Shown: in pieces, positions 56,314 to 64,000 of the stretch | Numbering within the stretch: position 1 is the stretch's first letter | How the letters are laid out: every line of letters begins with the position of its first letter | Source of the DNA: an uncultured Armatimonadia bacterium | GTDB lineage: Bacteria; Armatimonadota; Zipacnadia; Zipacnadales; UBA11051 | NCBI GenBank assembly: GCA_964622325.1 | Contig: CAZUOJ010000001.1 | Coordinates: forward strand, 492 to 64,491 | Length of the DNA: 64,000 nt | Direction: 5' to 3' | Translations under genes and position numbers: made by a program | Notes under the pieces: model-generated | The model's database searches: none | Seen by the model: the letters and a program-made list of their open reading frames with translations, nothing else | What the model was told of the DNA's origin: nothing

Positions 56314-56736
56314 ATGCCCCTATGTCCCTCCTGTCATCAAGAAGTTGCTGAGGACGATGCCTTTTGTCGACATTGTGGGACAGCGCTAAAAGAAAGTAAA
56401 GCCGCTGGGGATAGGCAACGCGTGGCTTTTATGGAGGAAATGGCAGCGCGTTTTGAGCGACGTTTGAAAGAAAAGGCAACAGATACAGATGCGATGTATA
56501 ATTTAGCGTTGACATACTTTTATTCGGAGAGATACAGCGAAGCTTTGCCCTTGTTTGAACAAGTCGTTAGCGCTTTGCCAGATTTTATAGATGCCCGAGT
56601 CAAATGGGCTATTGCGCTATGGAATACAGGGCAACAGCAAAAGGCTTTCGCCCAGATCGAGGAAGCTGCTCTCAGAGAGCCTAATAACGAAAAAGTGCAG
56701 AAATTAAAAAAACGCATGGAGCACGAACTGCAATGA
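56314..56736 (+). CDS. Zinc-ribbon plus TPR-repeat protein
   Basis: AAGGAGAG RBS. The N-terminus MPLCPSCHQEVAEDDAFCRHCGTAL is a CxxC...CxxC ribbon, followed by TPR-like helices. Confidence 0.5.
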   Translation: MPLCPSCHQEVAEDDAFCRHCGTALKESKAAGDRQRVAFMEEMAARFERRLKEKATDTDAMYNLALTYFYSERYSEALPLFEQVVSALPDFIDARVKWAIALWNTGQQQKAFAQIEEAALREPNNEKVQKLKKRMEHELQ

Positions 56737-56829
56737 AATATGCTGGAACACAAGAGGCCGTGATAGCGGATTGACAAGAATAAGGGGAGATGATAATTTG
56801 TAAGGCTAAGAATGTATTAAGCGTTCTTT

Positions 56830-57753
56830 ATGTCTGTGCTAGGAGATATGGATATTAAAGGCGTTATTTTTGATATTAAAAGCTTTGCTATCCACGATGG
56901 TCCGGGCATTCGCACGACTGTTTTCTTTAAAGGTTGCCCCCTGCGATGCGACTGGTGCCATAATCCCGAATCGCAATCATTAAAGCCCGTTTTAGCCCAA
57001 TTTAAAAATAACTGTATCGGTTGCTACGCCTGTGTGAAGAGCTGTCCGCACGGAGCCTTGGCGGTAGGCCCTGAAGGAATTAAAATAGACAGGCAGAGCT
57101 GCCAGGCCTGTGGCGCATGTGCTTGCGCCTGTCCGGCGGAGGCTTTAGTTTTACGCGGGAAAACAATGACAGTGTCTGAAGTGCTTGCGGAAGTGCTTAA
57201 GGACAAGCCCTTTTTTGACAATTCGGGTGGCGGGATTACACTGTCGGGTGGCGAGCCATTGTTTCAGCCGGATTTTGCTTTAGCGCTGTTGCAAGCGGCC
57301 AAAGAATTGGGCCTGCACACTTGTTTAGACACAAGCGGCTATGCGCCCTGGGAGGTGTGGGAACGGATATTGCCCTATACGGATTTGGTGCTTTATGATG
57401 TGAAATGTATGGATATGCATCGCCATCGGCGCCACACTGGCCGCAGCAATTCGCGCATTTTGGAGAATTTGCGGGCGCTGACAAGCAATGGCGTGGCAGT
57501 AAAAGTGCGGATGCCCATTGTGCCCGGCTTTAATGATACGCTGGCGGATGTGGAAGCCACAGCGCGATTTCTGAAGAGTTTGCCCCATCCTCCCAGCCTT
57601 GAGCTTTTGCCCTATCATAAATTAGGGGAAAGCAAATATGAAGCCTTGGGAATAGCTAATGGCTTTCATGCTGAGCCGCCGCCCCGAACGCAGCTGGAGC
57701 TTTTGGCGGAAGCGGCACGCCGCTTTGAGCTGGCGTGTGAAATCGGGAGTTGA
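56830..57753 (+). CDS. Glycyl-radical-enzyme activating enzyme (radical SAM, PflA-like, with two extra ferredoxin-type clusters)
   Basis: GVIFDIKSFAIHDGPGIRTTVFFKGCPLRCDWCHNPES is the CxxxCxxC-type cluster site. The ferredoxin motifs CIGCYACVKSCP and CQACGACACACP follow. No glycyl-radical enzyme is encoded nearby. Confidence 0.75.
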   Translation: MSVLGDMDIKGVIFDIKSFAIHDGPGIRTTVFFKGCPLRCDWCHNPESQSLKPVLAQFKNNCIGCYACVKSCPHGALAVGPEGIKIDRQSCQACGACACACPAEALVLRGKTMTVSEVLAEVLKDKPFFDNSGGGITLSGGEPLFQPDFALALLQAAKELGLHTCLDTSGYAPWEVWERILPYTDLVLYDVKCMDMHRHRRHTGRSNSRILENLRALTSNGVAVKVRMPIVPGFNDTLADVEATARFLKSLPHPPSLELLPYHKLGESKYEALGIANGFHAEPPPRTQLELLAEAARRFELACEIGS

Positions 57754-57912
57754 AGACAATTGGCAATTATTACAATCCAGGACGGTGGCCAGCACATAGG
57801 CCGCCGTCGTTTGTATCAATTGGCTGATAATCAGAGGCGATTTACAGCGAGTTTTGTCGCAAGCGAAAGCGTGCGAAGCTAACGAAAACATCAGCAACAA
57901 CAGGAATGAGTT

Positions 57913-60900
57913 ATGCCCCGGCGTGATGATCTGCAAAAGATATTGATTATTGGATCGGGCCCGATTGTGATTGGCCAGGCATGTGAATTTGATTATTCGG
58001 GTACGCAAGCCTGCAAGGCCTTGCGGGAGGAAGGCTATCAAGTTGTGCTGATCAATTCCAATCCCGCCACAATTATGACAGATCCCGAAATTGCCGATAC
58101 GACATATATCGAGCCCTTAACAGTAGAAAGTGTCGCTGCTATCATTGCCCGGGAACGGCCAGACGCGTTGCTGCCCACTTTGGGGGGCCAAACAGGGCTC
58201 AATTTGGCCCTGGCTTTAGCCGAAAATGGCGTGTTATCGCGTTACAATGTGGAGCTGATTGGCGCCAAACGCAAAGCCATCAAAAAGGCGGAGGATCGGG
58301 AGCTGTTTAAAGACGCGATGCAGGCGGCAGGGCTGGAATTGCCCCACAGCGCCTTTGCCCAGACATTGCGTGATGCCCGTCAGATCGCCAAGGAAATTGG
58401 CTTTCCCCTGATTATTCGCCCCTCCGGGACATTGGGCGGTAGCGGCGGAGGGACGGCGCACAATTGGGAAGAGCTGGAGGAAGTTGTCGCCCGCGGGCTG
58501 GATGCCTCGCCGATGAACGAAGTGCTTGTGGAAGAGTCCGTTCTGGGCTGGAAAGAATACGAATTGGAAGTAATGCGGGACATAAAGGATAATGTGGTGA
58601 TAGTCTGCTCCATCGAGAATTTTGATCCGATGGGGATACACACAGGGGATTCCATCACAGTGGCGCCTGCCCAGACGCTCACGGACCGGGAATATCAAAA
58701 AATGCGCGATCAAGCCATTCGCGTCATCCGTGAAATTGGCGTAGATACGGGCGGCAGCAACATTCAATTTGCGGTCAATCCCGAGGATGGGCGGATGGTC
58801 GTGATAGAGATGAATCCGCGCGTCAGCCGCTCCTCCGCCTTAGCTTCCAAAGCCACGGGCTTCCCGATTGCCAAAATTGCCGCCAAATTAGCAGTGGGCT
58901 ATACGCTGGATGAGCTGTCCAATGACATTACGCGGGAAACGCCCGCTTGTTTTGAGCCGACAATTGATTATGTGGTCACGAAAATCCCTCGCTGGGCCTT
59001 TGAGAAATTCCCTGGCGCTGATCCGACGCTGATGACGCAAATGAAATCGGTCGGGGAAACAATGAGCATTGGCCGGACCTTCAAAGAGTCCTTGCAAAAA
59101 GCCATCCGTTCATTAGAAATTGGGCGCTTTGGATTAGGCGCTGATGGCCGCGGCAGCCATTATGATGAGATGCCTCCGGAGCAGCTTAAAGCCAAGCTAC
59201 GCGTGCCCCATCCCGATCGGCTTTTTCAATTGCGCAGCGCCTTCCGGATCGGCATGACAGTGGAAGAGCTCTATGAAATCACACGAATCGATCCTTGGTT
59301 TTTGCGCCACATCGAGGAAATTGTGCGGGAACAGGATGCGCTGGCGAATTTCCGGCGGCAATTTCACAGGCAGACGCCCTCTGCTTCCGGTGAGCCGGCC
59401 GGAACTGTAGACGCCCCATCGGCAGAAACAGGGGGCAAAACGGCGCCACGCGAAAAAACAGCTCCCCAGGCCGACGAAGGGGAAGAAATGGCTGTTCAGC
59501 CGAATGTCCCGCTCACAGCTAATGTTCCCCCGGCTGAGTCTTCGCCAAAGCCAGCCACACCTTTAGAGGCGTTGGATGCAGCTTATTTGCGGCATCTAAA
59601 GCGTCAGGGCTTTTCGGATGTTCAAATCGCTACATTGCTGGGATGCACGGCGGAGGAAGTGCGGGCGCGGCGCAAAGCCCTGGGCATCACGCCTGTCGTA
59701 AAGCTTGTGGATACATGTGCGGCCGAATTTGAAGCCTATACGCCTTATTTTTATCTGACATACGAAGAAGAGGATGAATTTCGGCGTTCGGAAAAGCCAA
59801 ACATTATGATTTTGGGCAGCGGCCCTAATCGCATCGGCCAGGGCATTGAATTTGATTATTGTTGCGTGCATGCCGCTCTGGCGCTCAAGCAAGACGGTTT
59901 TGAAACAATTATGGTCAATAGCAATCCCGAGACTGTTTCCACGGACTACGATACTTCCGACAAATTGTATTTTGAGCCGCTCACATTAGAGGATGTGCTC
60001 AATATTTGCGATAAAGAGCAGCCCTATGGCGTGATTGTGCAATTTGGCGGCCAAACGCCGCTGAATTTAGCCAAAGGCCTGGCAGATGCGGGCGTGCGCA
60101 TTTTGGGCACAAGCCCCGATAGCATCGATCTGGCAGAAGATCGCAAGCGCTTTCAAGAACTATTGCAGCGCATTGGCCTGAGGCAGCCGCAAAATGACAC
60201 GGCCACCTCTGTGGAGGAAGCGTTGCAGGCGGCCAAGCGGATTGGCTATCCGGTGCTGGTCCGTCCTTCGTATGTGCTCGGCGGCCGCGCCATGCAAATT
60301 GTATACAACGACGAAGCGCTTAAAAAATATATGGCGACGGCTGTGGAAGTTTCGCCCGAAAAGCCAGTGTTGATCGACAAATTCCTGGAGGATGCGATTG
60401 AAATTGATGTGGATGCGATTGCCGATGGGACGCGTTGCGTCATTGGCGGGATTATGGAGCATATCGAGGAAGCGGGCATTCATAGCGGAGATTCGGCCTG
60501 CGTTTTGCCGGCTTTCAGCCTGGCGGACAATGAGCTGGAAGAAATCAAGCGCTACACGCGGGCGCTGGCCAAAGAGCTGGAAGTGCGGGGCCTGTTGAAT
60601 GTGCAATTTGCCATCAAAAATGAGGAGATTTTTGTGCTGGAAGTCAATCCGCGCGCTTCGCGGACTGTGCCCTTTGTGAGCAAAGCCATCGGCGTGCCGC
60701 TGGCGAAATTGGCGGCGCGTGTGATGGCAGGAAAGACGCTCGAAGAGCTGGGCTTTACACAGGAAATTGAGCCGCAGCATATGTCCGTGAAATGCCCTGT
60801 TTTTCCCTTTAGCAAATTCAGTGGGGTTGATACGCTGCTGGGGCCGGAGATGAAATCCACAGGCGAAGTGATGGGCATCGATACACAATTCGGGGCTTCT

Positions 60901-61374
60901 TTTGCCAAAGCCTATATTGCGGCGGGCCATAATTTGCCCGAACGCGGCACTGTGTTTTTAAGCGTGCGCAATCGCGACAAGAGAGATATTATCTTCATTG
61001 CACGGCGCCTGCGCGAATTAGGCTACAATCTTGTCGCCACAGAAGGCACGGCAAAAGTGCTGCGCCGCAGCGGCGTGGAGGCGGAAGTGATCCAGCGTGT
61101 CGGCGATGCCCAGGGACTTAATGCGATTGATCTGATCCGTGAGGGGCGCATTCAGTTGATTATCAATACGCCTACAGCCGGACAGGCGCCGCGCGAAGAT
61201 CAAATCGCCATCCGCGCAGAAGCCGTCCTGTATCATGTGCCGGTGATTACAACAATGTGTGGGGCGATGGTGGCGGTCCTGGGCCTGGAAGCCATTCGCT
61301 CAGGGCCACTGCAAGTCAAATCTCTGCAGGAATATCATCGCGCCATGCGCGGCCAAATCCGGATGCCAACATAA
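57913..61374 (+). CDS. carB: Carbamoyl-phosphate synthase large subunit
   Basis: [57 protein letters not shown] is present, with the duplicated ATP-grasp halves. The protein is 1153 aa, about 80 aa longer than typical CarB, because of a low-complexity insert in the oligomerisation domain. Confidence 0.95.
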   Translation: MPRRDDLQKILIIGSGPIVIGQACEFDYSGTQACKALREEGYQVVLINSNPATIMTDPEIADTTYIEPLTVESVAAIIARERPDALLPTLGGQTGLNLALALAENGVLSRYNVELIGAKRKAIKKAEDRELFKDAMQAAGLELPHSAFAQTLRDARQIAKEIGFPLIIRPSGTLGGSGGGTAHNWEELEEVVARGLDASPMNEVLVEESVLGWKEYELEVMRDIKDNVVIVCSIENFDPMGIHTGDSITVAPAQTLTDREYQKMRDQAIRVIREIGVDTGGSNIQFAVNPEDGRMVVIEMNPRVSRSSALASKATGFPIAKIAAKLAVGYTLDELSNDITRETPACFEPTIDYVVTKIPRWAFEKFPGADPTLMTQMKSVGETMSIGRTFKESLQKAIRSLEIGRFGLGADGRGSHYDEMPPEQLKAKLRVPHPDRLFQLRSAFRIGMTVEELYEITRIDPWFLRHIEEIVREQDALANFRRQFHRQTPSASGEPAGTVDAPSAETGGKTAPREKTAPQADEGEEMAVQPNVPLTANVPPAESSPKPATPLEALDAAYLRHLKRQGFSDVQIATLLGCTAEEVRARRKALGITPVVKLVDTCAAEFEAYTPYFYLTYEEEDEFRRSEKPNIMILGSGPNRIGQGIEFDYCCVHAALALKQDGFETIMVNSNPETVSTDYDTSDKLYFEPLTLEDVLNICDKEQPYGVIVQFGGQTPLNLAKGLADAGVRILGTSPDSIDLAEDRKRFQELLQRIGLRQPQNDTATSVEEALQAAKRIGYPVLVRPSYVLGGRAMQIVYNDEALKKYMATAVEVSPEKPVLIDKFLEDAIEIDVDAIADGTRCVIGGIMEHIEEAGIHSGDSACVLPAFSLADNELEEIKRYTRALAKELEVRGLLNVQFAIKNEEIFVLEVNPRASRTVPFVSKAIGVPLAKLAARVMAGKTLEELGFTQEIEPQHMSVKCPVFPFSKFSGVDTLLGPEMKSTGEVMGIDTQFGASFAKAYIAAGHNLPERGTVFLSVRNRDKRDIIFIARRLRELGYNLVATEGTAKVLRRSGVEAEVIQRVGDAQGLNAIDLIREGRIQLIINTPTAGQAPREDQIAIRAEAVLYHVPVITTMCGAMVAVLGLEAIRSGPLQVKSLQEYHRAMRGQIRMPT

Positions 61375-61503
61375 GGGCGCCCCCAAGCGAAGCTGCGCCC
61401 CCAGGATATGGGCAAAAAGCAAGCTTTGCTAGGCGGAAGAGGACAGCTCTCAATCCAGGGCAAGCTCAATACGGGGAAATAATTATTCGCCCGAGGGAAG
61501 AAG

Positions 61504-62814
61504 ATGACACAGCCCCTTGCGCAAATCGTGGACGCAATGGCGGAAGAAATTATTCGCCTGTGCCAGAGCCTCGTGCGCATAAATACAGTGAATCCCTATA
61601 GCGGTGACGCGCAGCCGGGCGGCGAAAAAGCGGGACAAGAATTCTTAAAGCCGCTTTTGCAGAAGCTGGGCGCCCGCGTTACGATGTTTGATTGCCCGGA
61701 TGATATCTATGAACGAGCTGGCATTCTGGGGCCGAAAAATCGCCATTTCCACAATCGGCCTAATCTCGTGGCGGAATGGGATTTTGGCGGCTCAGGCCCG
61801 TGCGTCCTTGTAAATGGCCATATGGACACAGTGGGCATTGACAATATGCCTGACGCCCTGTCTGCAGAACTGCGTGAGGGCTGTATATATGGCCGTGGGA
61901 CAACAGATTGCAAGGGCGGGCTTACAGTGGCTGTCAGCGCTATTCGCGCGCTTTTAGCGGCAGAAAGGCCGCTGCAGGGGCGCCTGATCTTGCAAAGCGT
62001 CGTGGATGAAGAATGTAATGGCGGGGGCGCCGGCACATTGGCCTGCCTGCACGCTGGCTATACGGGGGATGTGGCTGTTTTTGTGGATGGCAACAATAAC
62101 ACGCTCACAATGGGCTGTGGGGGCTGTTTGACGGCTGACATTTTCGTGGAAGGGAAAGAAGGGCACGCCGCGCTGGGCACAGGCGTTTCTGCCCTGGAGA
62201 AAGCTTTGATTGTGAAGCAGGGCCTGGATGCCTTTAAGCGCCGCCGGGAAGCCGTCCAGCCCGCCTGTAAAGTCAATTTGGGCATTTTTCAAGCGGGCGT
62301 TCATCCCGCTGTCGTTCCCGGGACAGCGTATATGTCGTTGAATATCGTTTATGCCTATGCCGAGGCGCTGGAAAGTCAGCGGCAAAACGGCCAGTATGGG
62401 GGGCTGCTTATCCGGCAGGAATTTGAGCAATTCATTCGCCAGGCGGAAAGTACAGATGAATGGCTGCAGGCGCATCCCAGTCGCTTGGAATGGATCAAAG
62501 ATCTTATCCCCTATGATCAATCTCCTGAAGATCCGTGGATACAGGCTTTTGCGCGTGCGTTTCGAGCGGCTACAGGCCGCGCGCCGCAATTTGACAAGAT
62601 GACGGCCTGGAGCGATGCTGCTCATCCCGCCGCCCTGTTTCACATTCCCACGATTTTATATGGGCCTGGCGTGGAAGGCGTAGCGCATTCTGCCCAGGAA
62701 TATGTGCCCGTGGAAAATCTCGTGGAATGCACAAAAGTTTTGGCCACATTTCTGGCGCAGGCTTTAGCGGCAGGGGCTCAAGAAGAAGAGGCGTCTGAAA
62801 AGGCAGTAATGTAA
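61504..62814 (+). CDS. M20-family metallopeptidase / deacylase (ArgE/DapE-like)
   Basis: VNGHMDTVG, GTTDCKGG and VDEECNGGGAG are metal-binding motifs of the M20 family. 436 aa. Confidence 0.7.
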   Translation: MTQPLAQIVDAMAEEIIRLCQSLVRINTVNPYSGDAQPGGEKAGQEFLKPLLQKLGARVTMFDCPDDIYERAGILGPKNRHFHNRPNLVAEWDFGGSGPCVLVNGHMDTVGIDNMPDALSAELREGCIYGRGTTDCKGGLTVAVSAIRALLAAERPLQGRLILQSVVDEECNGGGAGTLACLHAGYTGDVAVFVDGNNNTLTMGCGGCLTADIFVEGKEGHAALGTGVSALEKALIVKQGLDAFKRRREAVQPACKVNLGIFQAGVHPAVVPGTAYMSLNIVYAYAEALESQRQNGQYGGLLIRQEFEQFIRQAESTDEWLQAHPSRLEWIKDLIPYDQSPEDPWIQAFARAFRAATGRAPQFDKMTAWSDAAHPAALFHIPTILYGPGVEGVAHSAQEYVPVENLVECTKVLATFLAQALAAGAQEEEASEKAVM

Positions 62815-62815
62815 G

Positions 62816-63904
62816 CTAACGCGTCGGCTTGTTTTGCTGCTGGGCCTGCAGCTCCCGCAGCTGCCGCAGCAATAAATCGGCTTTCTCCGTCCAGGGATTA
62901 CGATAATCCGGATTAATGGCTTTGCGCAAAAAGCGGCATTTGCGGGGATCCTCTTTGAGTTCGCGGACTTTTTGCTTCACTAATTCCACATCATCAATGG
63001 GGAAAAAGCCGATCTGACGATCGCCACATTCGACTAAATAGCCATATTGAGCATTGGGCAGCCCCTCAGCATTATCCAAAAAAGGCGGAATAGCCGCGAA
63101 ATCCAGCAGGATTTGCTCGGCTTTTTTTTCGCGCCCCGCTGCCAGTTGCGCCACGGCCAAAAAATAACGAATCTCCAGCCCGCGTGGGGATTGGGGATAA
63201 TTAAATTGATAGGCCAGCAACTGGCGGATCGCTAAATCGGGATCATCGGGAATGGAGAGGATAATCAGATCCAGTTCAGCGTCGGCGCGGGCGCCTGTGT
63301 TATTTTGGGGGTCCAGCTTAATTGCGGCTTCCAGTAAGGGCTTGGCCAGCAGCGGGCGTTCCATTTCGAGATATAAATGGCCTAAATCGGCATGAAGGCG
63401 CGCGTCTTGCGGGCGCTGTTGCAAGGCGCGCTGCAGCTGAATAATCTGGCGCGCTTGCCCCAGCATATGAATAAAAACATCCGGCGCATAATAGCCGTAA
63501 GTGCGGAAATATTCTTGCCCGGCGGCATCCAAAAACAAAAAAGCCGGCACAGCGCCAAAACGAGTGCGGCCTTCGCGCCTGTCGTTATCCGGATCCCAGC
63601 GCGTGCCCACGCGAAAGCGTTCGCAAAAGGCGCGATGGCGCGCAGAATCGCCGTTAATGGCCAGGAATTCAAAATCCTGCAGCGCGCGAATCACGCCCTC
63701 ATGAACGAATGTAATCGTATCCATCGCCACACAAGCTTCCTGGCCGGGCTGAAAGATATAAGCCAGAATATATTTGCCTGATTGCTGGGCCTGCTTTTGG
63801 GCGCTTTCCCAATCGCTGTGCGCGGGCAATTCCGCTCCGAGAGCTTGGGCAATCCCAATAATTAATATGCTGACGCAAAAAGCAATTAGCCTTTTATATT
63901 TCAT
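62816..63904 (-). CDS. Secreted thioredoxin-fold plus TPR-repeat protein
   Basis: Likely start ATG at 63904 with signal peptide MKYKRLIAFCVSILIIGIAQALGA. The N-terminal thioredoxin-like segment is GKYILAYIFQPGQEAC, followed by TPR-like helices. Confidence 0.5.
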   Translation of the reverse strand: MKYKRLIAFCVSILIIGIAQALGAELPAHSDWESAQKQAQQSGKYILAYIFQPGQEACVAMDTITFVHEGVIRALQDFEFLAINGDSARHRAFCERFRVGTRWDPDNDRREGRTRFGAVPAFLFLDAAGQEYFRTYGYYAPDVFIHMLGQARQIIQLQRALQQRPQDARLHADLGHLYLEMERPLLAKPLLEAAIKLDPQNNTGARADAELDLIILSIPDDPDLAIRQLLAYQFNYPQSPRGLEIRYFLAVAQLAAGREKKAEQILLDFAAIPPFLDNAEGLPNAQYGYLVECGDRQIGFFPIDDVELVKQKVRELKEDPRKCRFLRKAINPDYRNPWTEKADLLLRQLRELQAQQQNKPTR

Positions 63905-64000
63905 TTTCTGGGCCTCAGCGGCTGTCCAATGTAGCTGTGAAAGCGCTTCTATTATAAAGGACAAAGGTATTATTCACAAGGTGCCTGAATGAACAGGAGC

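Noticed and set aside
60160-60930. 256-aa minus-strand ORF inside carB; similarly 61954..62643 (-) inside the M20 gene and 55583..56239 (+) inside the response regulator
   Set aside because: All overlap strongly supported conserved genes on the opposite strand.
1-64000. CRISPR arrays, rRNA genes, IS elements/transposases and toxin-antitoxin pairs
   Set aside because: No regularly spaced direct repeats, no rRNA-like conserved stretches and no transposase-like translations (DDE or HTH-integrase motifs) were seen in any frame.

Overview
This 64-kb chromosomal window is about 50-52% GC overall. Its gene content includes an H-X9-DG/DUF1559 prepilin-like protein, several very large secreted glycoside hydrolases, a heparinase II/III-like lyase, a GH4 enzyme and a Gfo/Idh/MocA oxidoreductase. 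From that I infer, without certainty, a polysaccharide-degrading bacterium of the Planctomycetota/Verrucomicrobiota-like (PVC) type. I count about 46 protein genes and one initiator-like tRNA-Met. I see no rRNA, no CRISPR array and no recognisable transposase. Housekeeping genes are alr, a minus-strand translation cluster (rpmE, DUF1385, prfA, prmC, tsaC, ychF), ftsK, rimO and carB. Accessory content worth a second look: (1) a roughly 3.6-kb GC-rich islet (63-65% GC, 9.6-13.2 kb) carrying a CBM-plus-clan-GH-A hydrolase and 0.8 kb of ORF-less GC-rich DNA that abuts the tRNA-Met; (2) a carbohydrate cluster of MFS transporter, GH4, UroD-like protein, GH-like protein and esterase; (3) an 853-aa HlyD-like/CHAP fusion protein beside a 3D-domain protein; (4) an orphan SPPY-type (probably m4C) DNA methyltransferase between ftsK and rimO; (5) a tandem-duplicated QueG-like Fe-S protein; (6) an orphan glycyl-radical activating enzyme next to an orphan OmpR-type regulator; (7) a stand-alone 100-aa GyrA-CTD-like protein; (8) an orphan intrinsic terminator that implies an unannotated plus-strand sRNA at 39.1-39.6 kb; (9) an apparent frameshift in a secreted-protein gene near 9.3 kb. 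All calls rest on motif recognition by eye from the translations; no database searches were possible.
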